Source: an uncultured Bacteroidales bacterium
Lineage (GTDB): Bacteria > Bacteroidota > Bacteroidia > Bacteroidales > Paludibacteraceae
NCBI GenBank assembly: GCA_937872735.1
Contig: CALMUD010000108.1
Location: 1 to 52,215 of the forward strand
Length of the DNA stretch: 52,215 nt
Reading direction: 5' to 3'
Below the pieces are notes generated by a model. It searched no databases. It saw only the letters and a list, made by a program, of their open reading frames with translations, and had not been told where the DNA came from. The position numbers and the translations under genes are program-made. Shown here one piece after another: positions 1-9,131 of this stretch. Each line of letters begins with the position of its first letter. Position 1 is the stretch's first letter.

Positions 1-47
1 CTACACCAGGACGTACACTCTTTCCCTACACGACGCTCTTCCGATCT
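1..47 (+). other. Illumina P5/i5-index/TruSeq Read-1 adapter remnant (technical artefact, not genomic)
   Basis: 1-6 CTACAC is the end of the P5 oligo. 7-14 CAGGACGT sits in the i5 index position. 15-47 ACACTCTTTCCCTACACGACGCTCTTCCGATCT is an exact match to the TruSeq universal adapter / Read-1 primer site. Confidence 0.92.
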
Positions 48-144
48 GTTTGATTCCCACAAAAGTAGAACAGTAACCATAAAAATGAAATTATCAAAAT
101 TGGGGATTTCTGACAGTGCACATCATTAGAATTGAGGATAAAAC

Positions 145-174
145 AAAAGCTGGAATTTCACAATTCCAGCTTTT
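145..174. terminator. Perfect 13-bp stem hairpin, probable bidirectional intrinsic terminator
   Basis: aaaagctggaatt-tcac-aattccagctttt. A/T runs flank both sides. It lies downstream of the minus-strand DUF2023 gene and of an open frame entering from the contig edge. Confidence 0.5.
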
Positions 175-287
175 CGCCTCTTCTCCATGCTAAAATAAAA
201 ATGATAAAAAAGTAGCGAATCAAGAGAATGGAGAAGAGAAACATCTAACTACACAAAACATTCCTATGGCGTAAGAATATTTCAGAA

Positions 288-638
288 TCACAAATTTCGC
301 TTACGCGAACAAAATCGTTCACACTGCTTACAAATATTATAGCCCAACAACGCACCAAGTATAAAATCCTCCTCAGGGGTAAGCTTATTAAGAGGCTTGT
401 CCAATATATACCTAATGGCTTTAATACACTCATGGCGACCAAAATACAAATTTATTTTTGACTCATCAATCGACTGCACAGCATAATCAATCGATTGACC
501 TTTTAACCGAGACACAGCATAATCCTCATATTCTCTATTCAAAGTAAAAAGAATCAAATAACGAACTCCTTTCTGATACTCATATATATGATTCAGAAAA
601 ATTCTGAGTTCACTTGGAAAATATTTATCTATCGGCAT
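288..638 (-). CDS. DUF2023-family small protein
   Basis: 116-aa ORF. The pattern HIYEYQKGVR..L.L.T...(R)L....IDY.....ES.INLYFGR.EC..AIR......LN.LTPEEDFILGALLGY.ICKQCERFC matches my memory of the Bacteroides DUF2023 family. Needs an HMM check. Confidence 0.55.
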   Translation of the reverse strand: MPIDKYFPSELRIFLNHIYEYQKGVRYLILFTLNREYEDYAVSRLKGQSIDYAVQSIDESKINLYFGRHECIKAIRYILDKPLNKLTPEEDFILGALLGYNICKQCERFCSRKRNL

Positions 639-931
639 ATTTTATCTTCTCCCATTTTCTGTACTGGTTTTAACCATACGTTTACGATTTCCCGCTGTCG
701 AACCATATAAAATTTCTATTAACTTCATCTCTATCTTTTTTTTATTTGTGATACAAAAGTACCGCAGAAAAAATGTCTGTTCAATCACCAAATATTACCA
801 TTAATAGGTAATTCTGTCATCATAAAAGGGGATTAATCAATGAAACAATAGGAATGCACATTTGTTTTGCAGAAACATAAAAAAAAAGTAATTTTACAAA
901 TTGAATTTGAATTAGCTAAACTCTATTGCCG

Positions 932-939
932 TAGATTTG
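932..939 (+). promoter_or_regulatory. Candidate Bacteroidetes -7 promoter element (TAnnTTTG) for ccsBA
   Basis: TAGATTTG lies 53 nt upstream of ATG 992. A TTTG at 906-909 is a possible -33. Motif match only. Confidence 0.3.
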
Positions 940-991
940 AGCTAAACTATTCACTTTTCCTGATTTGAACATATACTAAAAAAGAAATAAT

Positions 992-3322
992 ATGTTCAAG
1001 AAAACGACTTTTATACTATTGGCCATTATGGCCACAACGTTGGCAGCCATCACCATACTGGAAAAGACAGAAGGTGAAGATTTGGCTTACAGCATCTATC
1101 ATTCTGTTCCTTTTGGAATTGCATGGACCCTGATAACTCTATTGGGTGTAATAAGCCTGATACATAATCGACTGTGGAGATTTCCATCAATCGGACTTCT
1201 TCACTTATCTTTTCTTGTCATTCTCCTTGGCGCAGGTGTCTCCTTTATCACTGGACAGCAAGGATATATCAGCCTACGCATAGGCGATCCCACCAGCATA
1301 TATCACCTCGGCAATGATGAGGTTGACCAACTTCCTTTTATAATAGGACTTGACCAATTCAGCATAAAAACCTACCCTGGCACCGATATGCCAGCTGACT
1401 ACGAAAGCCATGTAACCATAAAGGATGAAGAGACAACAACTCACTTCACCATCAGTATGAACCACATACTCAGCTATAAGGGCTATCGATTTTATCAAAA
1501 CAGTTTTGACGAAGACCTACAAGGCAGCCTGCTCAGCATCAGCCACGACCCTGCCGGTGTTGCCATTTCTTATATCGGATACCTCCTCTTGGCCATTTCC
1601 TCCATTTGGATACTCACAAACCGACACGGAACATTCAGGACATCAATCAGAAAACTGAACAAAAAGAGTTCTTTCCATTCCTTCCTGCTTACTGTTACAA
1701 TGGTCTTGGCTGGGTGGACCTATACTGAGAAAGCACAAGCGGCCATGACTTTACCCTCTTGTCAAGCCGACGAGATGGGAAAAACATACACCATGCGTCA
1801 AGGATACATCTGCAATTTTGAAACACTGGCAGTTGAATTCACACAAAAATTAACAGGAGACAACAAATACAAAAATCTGGACGCGAACCAGGTACTGTGC
1901 GGCTGGTTGATTGATTACAATGGATGGCAATATGAAAAAATCATCAGAATAAAGAGCAAAGAGATTCAGCAGATATTGAATGTTGGGGAATGGGCTTCCG
2001 TCTATGATTTGTATGACAAAAACGGCCAATATAAACTGAGCAGACTGACCGACATGAGTTCTAAACTATCAAAAGACATTTTGGAACTCAATGAAAAATT
2101 GGGACTGATACAAATGATTGGAAAGGGAGAACTACTTGCCATATTCCCGATAAAAAGCAGCAATGGACTCAAATGGTATGCACCCACATCCCAATTACCC
2201 AAGGAGACCAGCCATATCGACTCTCTGATGGTCAGGAATTTCCTGAATATTTTGTCACAAAAAGCCAATGCGGGTGAATCATGCACATTGCTGATAAACA
2301 AATTCCATAAATATCAGACAATGAAATTGGGGACATTTGCTCCAAGTCCGCTACACAATGCGGCTGAACATTTCAACAACAAGTACAATTATCTGAAACC
2401 ACTGAGCATTGCCACACTGACTATCGGATTAGCCGCTCTTCTCATAGTATGTATATACAGCATCAAGGAGAAATACCCATTTAGACATTGCGAACCGGTT
2501 TTCCAATCACTGATGCTGACCAGTTTTATTCTGTTATCCTTGTTGCTGTCCATCCGCATCTATCTGTCAGGCAGATTGCCACTCAGTAACGGATATGAAA
2601 CAATGCTGCTGGTAGCTTGGCTGTCACAAGGCATAGCCATCCCCCTATGTCGTAAAGAATTTATCATACTTCCTTTTGGCATGCTATTGTCAGGATTTGC
2701 TATGCTGGTAGCATCGATAGGCAGCATGAACCCGCAGATAACGCAACTGATGCCCGTTCTGCACTCCCCATGGCTTTCCTTTCACGTATCCATGATGATG
2801 ATTTCATACACCTTGCTTGGCTATATGGCACTAGGCGGATTAACCTGTATCGGAATGGTGCTGACCGGCAAACAAAAAAACAGAGGAAAAATAGAGACAC
2901 AAATAGAACGATTGAGCCTCATCAGCCGCATATTGACATATCCTGCAGTCTTGTTGCTGGCACTGGGAATATTCAGTGGAGCTGTATGGGCCAATGTCTC
3001 ATGGGGTACCTATTGGAGTTGGGACCCCAAAGAGACCTGGGCTTTAATCACATTCATACTATATAGCATGACCTTTCATGCAAGAACCATACATTGGCTC
3101 AACGATGATTTCAATTTTCAGCTTTACCTTACATTTGCTTTTCTGAGTGTACTGATGACCTATTTTGGTGTCAACTATGTATTAGGAGGTATGCACAGCT
3201 ATGCAGGCGTCAATGAGTTGAACCTATCAGCCTTGCTGGTTGCTATAGTCATTTTCTCTGCCATAATGATTCTGATTGTTTTCAGCTGGCTCAAATGGAA
3301 AAGCATGAAGGAACAACGATAA
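992..3322 (+). CDS. ccsBA: System II cytochrome c biogenesis protein, fused ResB(CcsB)/CcsA (CcsBA)
   Basis: 776 aa. The N-terminal half is ResB-like with TM segments. The C-terminal half is polytopic and carries the Trp-rich heme-handling WWD motif WANVSWGTYWSWDPKETWA. Confidence 0.85.
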   Translation: MFKKTTFILLAIMATTLAAITILEKTEGEDLAYSIYHSVPFGIAWTLITLLGVISLIHNRLWRFPSIGLLHLSFLVILLGAGVSFITGQQGYISLRIGDPTSIYHLGNDEVDQLPFIIGLDQFSIKTYPGTDMPADYESHVTIKDEETTTHFTISMNHILSYKGYRFYQNSFDEDLQGSLLSISHDPAGVAISYIGYLLLAISSIWILTNRHGTFRTSIRKLNKKSSFHSFLLTVTMVLAGWTYTEKAQAAMTLPSCQADEMGKTYTMRQGYICNFETLAVEFTQKLTGDNKYKNLDANQVLCGWLIDYNGWQYEKIIRIKSKEIQQILNVGEWASVYDLYDKNGQYKLSRLTDMSSKLSKDILELNEKLGLIQMIGKGELLAIFPIKSSNGLKWYAPTSQLPKETSHIDSLMVRNFLNILSQKANAGESCTLLINKFHKYQTMKLGTFAPSPLHNAAEHFNNKYNYLKPLSIATLTIGLAALLIVCIYSIKEKYPFRHCEPVFQSLMLTSFILLSLLLSIRIYLSGRLPLSNGYETMLLVAWLSQGIAIPLCRKEFIILPFGMLLSGFAMLVASIGSMNPQITQLMPVLHSPWLSFHVSMMMISYTLLGYMALGGLTCIGMVLTGKQKNRGKIETQIERLSLISRILTYPAVLLLALGIFSGAVWANVSWGTYWSWDPKETWALITFILYSMTFHARTIHWLNDDFNFQLYLTFAFLSVLMTYFGVNYVLGGMHSYAGVNELNLSALLVAIVIFSAIMILIVFSWLKWKSMKEQR

Positions 3323-3330
3323 AGAGTCCA

Positions 3331-3687
3331 TCACTCTTTAATGAGTTCAATACCTGTCAAATCAAAAAACAGATTCTGCAACTGATGCAAATAGGCAATA
3401 GAATGACCGACAGCAGCCTGACCGACATATAAATTGAAGGTATGCTGCGAATTGCTGGTCAGCAAAAATTCATTCAGACTATAAACCCTCAGTGGAGCTT
3501 TGTCAAACTCAACTTTGAATCCCAGACGGAACAGAACTGATTCAGATATATATACAGGAGTCATCAGTTCCTTTTCCATCACAAAACGCTCATGCTGGCT
3601 AAGAGTCAACAAATCGGCAGCCGTCACCGGAACTTCCTTGTCATCAATATATACATGATTGCCAATACGCAAATCTTTACTTTTCAT
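3331..3687 (-). CDS. Hypothetical protein (no recognisable domain)
   Basis: 118-aa ORF with an ATG start, convergent with ccsBA across an 8-nt gap. I recognise no motif. Confidence 0.45.
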   Translation of the reverse strand: MKSKDLRIGNHVYIDDKEVPVTAADLLTLSQHERFVMEKELMTPVYISESVLFRLGFKVEFDKAPLRVYSLNEFLLTSNSQHTFNLYVGQAAVGHSIAYLHQLQNLFFDLTGIELIKE

Positions 3688-3699
3688 ATACCTATCAAA

Positions 3700-4074
3700 T
3701 TAAACTTTAAGGAATGCAAAAAAGACAGCCATCACTAGACAGAAGAATGCGACAAGATGGTTCCAATGCAAAGTCTCCGTCTTAAAAAAAAGTACAGCCA
3801 TCAGCGTAAAAACGGTAAGAGAAACCACCTCTTGTATGATTTTCAACTGAAACAAAGAAAATGGTCCTCCGTTACCATGAAAACCCATACGATTGGCTGG
3901 CACCTGCGCACAATATTCAAAAAAGGCAATGCCCCAGCTGAACATAATGACAGCTATCAACGGCCAATTATCTGAAATATGATTTTGCTGCATCTTGAGG
4001 TGTCCGTACCAGGCAAAGGTCATAAATGTATTTGACACCAACAGCAGGAGGATTGTAAAAATACCATGTTGCAT
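3700..4074 (-). CDS. Small DMT-superfamily membrane protein (DUF486-like)
   Basis: About 124 aa from the internal ATG (MQHGIFTILLLLVSNTFMTFAWYGHLK...), with four hydrophobic helices. The longer ORF-track start adds an implausible leader. Confidence 0.6.
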   Translation of the reverse strand: MQHGIFTILLLLVSNTFMTFAWYGHLKMQQNHISDNWPLIAVIMFSWGIAFFEYCAQVPANRMGFHGNGGPFSLFQLKIIQEVVSLTVFTLMAVLFFKTETLHWNHLVAFFCLVMAVFFAFLKV

Positions 4075-4161
4075 ATCGCAATTTTTTAATCTGAATACGA
4101 TGAAATAAAACAACAGCCCACAGAATGGACTTACTCTCACACTCTAATCATCTTAAACAAA

Positions 4162-4187
4162 ATAAGCAGGTATAAATACCTGCTTAT
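4162..4187 (-). terminator. Hairpin terminator downstream of tRNA-Lys
   Basis: ataagcaggtat-aa-atacctgcttat has perfect 12-nt arms and lies immediately 3' of the tRNA on the minus strand. Confidence 0.5.
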
Positions 4188-4193
4188 CATTTG

Positions 4194-4266
4194 TGAGCCA
4201 ATTGGGGTTCGAACCCAAGACCCCATCCTTAAAAGGGATGTGCTCTACCAGCTGAGCTATTAGCTC
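4194..4266 (-). tRNA. tRNA-Lys (anticodon UUU)
   Basis: I folded the reverse complement by hand. Acceptor GAGCTAA/TTGGCTC (one G-U pair), D arm GCTC-AGCTGGTA-GAGC, anticodon arm CATCC-CTTTTAA-GGATG, variable GGGTC, T arm TTGGG-TTCGAAC-CCCAA, discriminator A. Length 73 nt; CCA is not encoded. Confidence 0.92.
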
Positions 4267-4303
4267 TACCTAAAATCACTTGCTTTATATCTCAAAAGCG
4301 ATG

Positions 4304-4311
4304 CAAAGATA
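4304..4311 (-). promoter_or_regulatory. Candidate -7 element (TATCTTTG on minus strand) for tRNA-Lys
   Basis: Plus-strand caaagata is the reverse complement of TAnnTTTG, about 38 nt upstream of the mature tRNA 5' end. Confidence 0.35.
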
Positions 4312-4351
4312 GTAACTATTTTCAATAAAACAAAGGGATGAAAGGATTTTT

Positions 4352-5131
4352 TTAAATTTTTTCTTTCCCAAAATCTATCCTGCTACGGAATGGTACATTT
4401 GGAGCAGGCGGTAATTCCGGCTCAAGTATCTCAGTATGTTCATCGTAGCCATTCTGGCACGCCATTTTCTCAAAATCATTCCACAACGATTCGTCAGGGA
4501 CGGGGGCCACCACCTTGACGCGCTTCCCCGATACGGGATGAACAAACGAAATGGAACGGGCGTGCAGACAAATGCCTCCATCCTGATTGGACCGGGGAGC
4601 CCCATACTTCAAATCACCTTTGATGGGACATCCTATGTGAGCCAACTGGCAGCGAATCTGATGATGACGCCCCGTCTCGAGAGTCACCTCCAACAGATAA
4701 TAATTGTCACTTTTGGCAATTACTTTAAAATTGAGTGCTGCTTTTTTGGAACCTGGTACTTCTTTGTCGTATGCGAAAGACTTGTTCATCTTCTCGTTGC
4801 GAGTCAGATAATTCACCAGCCGCATCTCTGGTTCGGGTGGACAATTCTTCACTATCGCCCAATATTTCTTGGTAAGATCATGTACCCTGAAGAGGTCGTT
4901 CATCCGTTTAAGTGATTTGGAAGTCTTTGCAAAAACCACCACTCCACTTGTTGGCCTGTCCAATCGATGAGTAATGCCAACAAACACGTTGCCTGGCTTC
5001 TTATACTTTTCCTTCAAATACTCCTGCAACATCTCGGTCAAAGGCTTGTCGCCAGTTTTGTCGGCCTGAACTATTTCAGCGCAGGTCTTGTTAATGATAA
5101 TCAAATGGTTATCTTCGTAAAGTACTTGCAT
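4352..5131 (-). CDS. RluA-family RNA pseudouridine synthase
   Basis: Contains the catalytic-Asp motif HRLDRPTSGVVVFAKT and the downstream HQIRCQLA motif. No S4 domain. 259 aa. Confidence 0.85.
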   Translation of the reverse strand: MQVLYEDNHLIIINKTCAEIVQADKTGDKPLTEMLQEYLKEKYKKPGNVFVGITHRLDRPTSGVVVFAKTSKSLKRMNDLFRVHDLTKKYWAIVKNCPPEPEMRLVNYLTRNEKMNKSFAYDKEVPGSKKAALNFKVIAKSDNYYLLEVTLETGRHHQIRCQLAHIGCPIKGDLKYGAPRSNQDGGICLHARSISFVHPVSGKRVKVVAPVPDESLWNDFEKMACQNGYDEHTEILEPELPPAPNVPFRSRIDFGKEKI

Positions 5132-5165
5132 ATTATAAAGGATTTAAAGCAATATCGAAAACACA

Positions 5166-5906
5166 TTATGATTCCCGCTGTTTAACAGCCTCAAAAACGA
5201 CAATACCTGCCGCAACCGAAACATTAAGAGATGCGATGTTACCTTTGACGGGTATGCCAATCACATCATCAGCTGATTGCAAAGAAGCATCTGATACATC
5301 GGTGCGCTCATCAGCAAACACGAGTGCCAACGGACCCGTAAGGTCGGCCTTGTTATATGCCTGCTTGGCACCTTTAGCCACAGCAACCACTTTCAGCCCG
5401 CTATTTTTCAGGTAACGGATAGCTTCAGTCAGACTGCGCTCTTTACAGACAGGCATCGTGTGCAGAGCGCCTGCAGATGTCTTTATGGCATCCGCATTCA
5501 CCATCACGCCACCACGAATAGGAACCACAAGAGCATCAACACCCGCACATTCGCAGGTGCGCGCTATAGAGCCGAAATTGCGGACATCGGTCACACCATC
5601 GAGCAATACCACAAATGGATCTTTGCCCTCCTCAAAAAGTGACGGTACGATATTTGATATTTTCTGATACTCCACTTTGCTTATAAAAGCAATCGCTCCT
5701 TGATGGTCTTTGAGTGTATAATGTTTAAGACGTTCGGCCGGCACCCTTTGCACCTGAACCATGGGATGGCTACGCAAAGCGGCAAACAGCATTTGCGACT
5801 GCGCACTGTCGAGGTCCTTTTGGAGTATTATTTTATCAATCTCCTTATTGGCCTCCAGCGCCTCCACTATGGCACGAATGCCAAATATCATCTCGTTTTC
5901 TTTCAT
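5166..5906 (-). CDS. rlmB: TrmH/SpoU-family rRNA 2'-O-methyltransferase (RlmB-like)
   Basis: 246 aa. An N-terminal SpoU substrate-binding-type segment is followed by SpoU methylase motifs (VRNFGSIARTCECAGV, IPVKGNIASLNVSVAAGIVVFE). Confidence 0.8.
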   Translation of the reverse strand: MKENEMIFGIRAIVEALEANKEIDKIILQKDLDSAQSQMLFAALRSHPMVQVQRVPAERLKHYTLKDHQGAIAFISKVEYQKISNIVPSLFEEGKDPFVVLLDGVTDVRNFGSIARTCECAGVDALVVPIRGGVMVNADAIKTSAGALHTMPVCKERSLTEAIRYLKNSGLKVVAVAKGAKQAYNKADLTGPLALVFADERTDVSDASLQSADDVIGIPVKGNIASLNVSVAAGIVVFEAVKQRES

Positions 5907-5949
5907 CTTTTTTTAATAAAATAAATGTAAAGGGACTAGTCTGATGGTT

Positions 5950-7899
5950 CTATTGTTTTTTAACCTTCTCCAGTTCTTCTGAGAGGATTTCCCACTCATA
6001 CATTTTCTGCTCAAGTGCATGCTTTTGCTTCGGATAGTCAACCAAAAGCTTATCATAATCAGCACTATCCGGATTGGCCAATTTCACCTCCATTTCACCA
6101 ATCAGTTTTTCCAAGCGGGCTATTTCCGATTCGGCATTCTGCACATCCTTTTCCGCTTTTCGAACTTTTTTAGCAATCTCCTTTTGTTCCTCATACGACA
6201 ATTTACTGTCAGTCTTGGCTGAAACTGCCATTGTTCCCCCAGCATTATCCTGTCCTTTATAGGCATTTGTATCAAGTTCATGCAAAGACTCGATTTTCTT
6301 ATCTTCCAAAAACTGATAGATACCTCCCAAATGTTCAACCACCTTATGGTGAGTAAATTCGTATGTTTTATCAACCAGACCATTCAGAAAATCGCGGTCG
6401 TGTGACACAATGATAGCGGTACCGTCAAAGGCCTTGATAGCCTGTTTCAGCACTTCCTTGGTAGGAATGTCAAGATGATTGGTAGGCTCATCGAGCACCA
6501 GCACATTTACGGGCTGCAACAGTAATCGTATCATGGCGAGGCGAGTCCGTTCTCCTCCTGACAGCACCTTCACCAGTTTGTCGGAAGCCTCTCCTCCAAA
6601 TCGGAATGCGCCCAAAATATCTCTTATCTTAGTCCGTATTTCGCCAGTGGCAGCATGGTCAATCGTGTCAAATACAGTCAGATTCTCATCAAGCAGAGAA
6701 GCTTGATTTTGAGCAAAATAACCGATTTTCACCAAATGACCAAGTTTCAGTTCTCCCGTATAATCTTTCAACTCATCTATTATACATTTGACGAGTGTAG
6801 ATTTTCCCTCTCCGTTTTTACCAACGAAAGCAACTTTTTCTCCACGCTTCACTATCAAATTGATATGGTCGAGCACCAGCTTATCGCCAAACGACTTGCT
6901 AAGCTCTTTGCACTCCAACGATATTGAACCAGAATGGGGAGCAGGAGGAAATTTCAGATTGATGGTGGAGTTGTCCTCATCATCAATTTCTATGCGTTCT
7001 ATCTTGTTCAGAGCTTTGATGCGCGATTGTACCTGTACTGCCTTTGTAGCTTTATAACGGAATCTCTCTATAAAGTCTTCTGTGTCCTGTATCTCCTTTT
7101 GCTGGTTGGTATATGCACGCATTTGCTGTTCTCGACGCTCTTTGCGCAGTTCCATAAACTTGGTATATGGAACTTTGTAATCATAAATGTGTCCGCAAGA
7201 TATTTCAATGGTACGATTGGTTACCGTGTCAAGAAAAGCCCTATCATGACTGACCAACAATACGGTCGAGCCATTGGATTTCAGAAAATTCTCCAGCCAT
7301 TGGATGGACTCTATATCAAGATGGTTGGTCGGCTCATCAAGCAACAACATATCGGGATGTCTAAGCAGAATCTTGGCCAATTCAATTCGCATACGCCAAC
7401 CGCCACTAAACTCGCTTGACTGTCGGTCAAAATCAGACCTCTCAAATCCCAAACCTAGAAGGGTTTTCTCTATTTCTCCCTGATAGGTGTTGATTCCCAT
7501 CATATCCAACCGTTCATTGGCATGAGTCAAATCATCTATCAATTTTTTATAAGAATCTGATTCATAATCTGTTCGGATAGCCAAATCCTCACCCATTTTT
7601 GCAATTTTACTTTGAAGTTGAAACAGTTCGGCAAATGCTTCCTGGGCATCCTCCATCACCGTTTTGCCATCTTTGTGCAACATGGTCTGAGGCAGGTAGC
7701 CAATCTTGAAATCTTTTGGAGTGGAAACGGTCCCCGTAGTGGGTTGTTGCAAACCAGCAAAGATTTTCAGCATCGTGGATTTTCCGGCACCATTTTTGCC
7801 CACCAATGCTATTTTATCGTGTTCGCTCACCACAAATGCTACATCCTCAAACAAAGAGGTGCCTCCAAAAGAAACGGAAAGTTGACTGACTGAAATCAT
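5950..7899 (-). CDS. ABC-F family ATPase (translation-associated, no TM domain)
   Basis: Two nucleotide-binding domains: GKNGAGKST / LSGGWRMR / LLLDEPTNHLD and GKNGEGKST / LSGGERTR / LVLDEPTNHLD. There is a linker and a charged coiled-coil C-terminus. Confidence 0.9.
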   Translation of the reverse strand: MISVSQLSVSFGGTSLFEDVAFVVSEHDKIALVGKNGAGKSTMLKIFAGLQQPTTGTVSTPKDFKIGYLPQTMLHKDGKTVMEDAQEAFAELFQLQSKIAKMGEDLAIRTDYESDSYKKLIDDLTHANERLDMMGINTYQGEIEKTLLGLGFERSDFDRQSSEFSGGWRMRIELAKILLRHPDMLLLDEPTNHLDIESIQWLENFLKSNGSTVLLVSHDRAFLDTVTNRTIEISCGHIYDYKVPYTKFMELRKERREQQMRAYTNQQKEIQDTEDFIERFRYKATKAVQVQSRIKALNKIERIEIDDEDNSTINLKFPPAPHSGSISLECKELSKSFGDKLVLDHINLIVKRGEKVAFVGKNGEGKSTLVKCIIDELKDYTGELKLGHLVKIGYFAQNQASLLDENLTVFDTIDHAATGEIRTKIRDILGAFRFGGEASDKLVKVLSGGERTRLAMIRLLLQPVNVLVLDEPTNHLDIPTKEVLKQAIKAFDGTAIIVSHDRDFLNGLVDKTYEFTHHKVVEHLGGIYQFLEDKKIESLHELDTNAYKGQDNAGGTMAVSAKTDSKLSYEEQKEIAKKVRKAEKDVQNAESEIARLEKLIGEMEVKLANPDSADYDKLLVDYPKQKHALEQKMYEWEILSEELEKVKKQ

Positions 7900-8000
7900 C
7901 GCTTATATCTTGAAATTGCTTATCTTCTGCAAAGATGCCGCAAACGAGTGCAGAACATCAAACCTGGTTGATTGTTATGCCGAGTGCAGCTAATCATCTG

Positions 8001-8008
8001 CAAAGATA
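8001..8008 (-). promoter_or_regulatory. Candidate -7 element (TATCTTTG on minus) upstream of the ABC-F gene
   Basis: Plus-strand caaagata lies about 100 nt upstream of ATG 7899. Motif match only. Confidence 0.3.
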
Positions 8009-8079
8009 CAAAAAAGCACGGGAGAAAGAAAGATGTAAAAGAGAAGTGAAAGCCTTGCGACAAAACAGAAAAACAAAAA

Positions 8080-8104
8080 ACGGACATGGCAACGCCACAT
8101 CCGT
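8080..8104 (-). terminator. Intrinsic terminator of purC
   Basis: Stem acggacatgg/ccacatccgt has a 2-nt internal mismatch. On the minus strand it is followed by ttttttgtttttctgtttt. Confidence 0.55.
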
Positions 8105-8131
8105 TCTTCTTACATAAAAAACAAATATATA

Positions 8132-9079
8132 TTACTTTGTGCTATTCAAGTAATTAAGTACATTTTTCTCTATACGCTCAGCAATATTTGCCTCGGTAGC
8201 CTTTTGGAACTTTGAGCCTACTATATGCTCATACAACTCAATGTAGCGGTCAGACACACTGTTGACATACTCGGTAGTCATTTCTGGCACTTTCTGACCA
8301 TCTTTTCCCATAAAGTTGTGTTCAATCAGCCACTGACGGACAAATTCCTTAGAAAGTTGCTTCTGCTCCTCACCCTTTTCAAACTTCTGCTGATATCCTT
8401 CAGCATAGAAATAACGGCTGGAATCAGGGGTATGTATCTCATCAATCAGATACACCTTGCCATCTTTCTTTCCAAATTCATATTTGGTATCAACCAGTAT
8501 CAGTCCCTTTTGCGCGGCCATTTCTGAGCCACGCTTAAACAACTGACGGGTATAATTTTCAATCTGTTCATAATCAGCTTTTCCGACAATACCCTGCTTG
8601 ATAATTTCCTCTTTTGATATATTCTCATCATGTCCGGTAGCAGCTTTGGTAGTAGGAGTCACTATAGGCTCTGGGAATTTCTGATTCTCCTTCATTCCTT
8701 CAGGCAACTTGACGCCACACAGTTCACGACAACCAGCCTTATACTCACGCCAAGCTGACCCCGTAAGATATCCACGGATAATCATTTCGACAGGGAATCC
8801 CTCACACTTCAACCCTACGGTAACCATAGGATCGGGAGTGGCCAATTTCCAGTTAGGAACAATATCAGAAGTGGCATCAAGAAATGTTGCTGCTATCTGA
8901 TTGAGCACCTGGCCCTTGAATGGAATTCCTTTAGGCAGGATGACATCAAAGGCTGAGATACGGTCGGTTGCGACCATCACTATCAGCTCATCGTTGATGT
9001 TATACACGTCGCGGACTTTGCCGTGGAACACTCCCTTTTGATTAGGGAAATGAAAATCTGTTTTTGTTAAAGCGTCCAT
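8132..9079 (-). CDS. purC: Phosphoribosylaminoimidazole-succinocarboxamide (SAICAR) synthase
   Basis: 315 aa, long-form PurC. Segments such as GKVRDVY, DRISAFD and [11 protein letters not shown] are typical of the family. Confidence 0.88.
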   Translation of the reverse strand: MDALTKTDFHFPNQKGVFHGKVRDVYNINDELIVMVATDRISAFDVILPKGIPFKGQVLNQIAATFLDATSDIVPNWKLATPDPMVTVGLKCEGFPVEMIIRGYLTGSAWREYKAGCRELCGVKLPEGMKENQKFPEPIVTPTTKAATGHDENISKEEIIKQGIVGKADYEQIENYTRQLFKRGSEMAAQKGLILVDTKYEFGKKDGKVYLIDEIHTPDSSRYFYAEGYQQKFEKGEEQKQLSKEFVRQWLIEHNFMGKDGQKVPEMTTEYVNSVSDRYIELYEHIVGSKFQKATEANIAERIEKNVLNYLNSTK

Positions 9080-9131
9080 TGTATATATACGAATAATTCA
9101 AAAAAATTCAGAAAACACTCTTTGACCTTCA

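Noticed and set aside
49-129. Open frame running in from the contig edge (FDSHKSRTVTIKMKLSKLGISDSAHH*), followed 16 nt later by the 145-174 hairpin. Possibly the 3' end of a truncated + strand gene.
   Set aside because: Only 26 codons, with no recognisable motif. It cannot be distinguished from chance, so it is not reported as a feature.
178-237. 11-bp inverted repeat ctcttctccat ... atggagaagag separated by about 38 nt, just downstream of the DUF2023 gene.
   Set aside because: It could be part of the 3' UTR or terminator region. It matches no known riboswitch or RNA family I can recognise, and the evidence is too thin for a call.
7920-8012. Repeated words ctgcaaagat (x2) and cgagtgcag (x2) with short tctgca/tgcaga inverted repeats, in the purC to ABC-F intergenic region.
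   Set aside because: The stems are only 5-6 bp. One copy is explained by the candidate -7 promoter box (the reverse complement of caaagata is TATCTTTG). No structured RNA could be supported.
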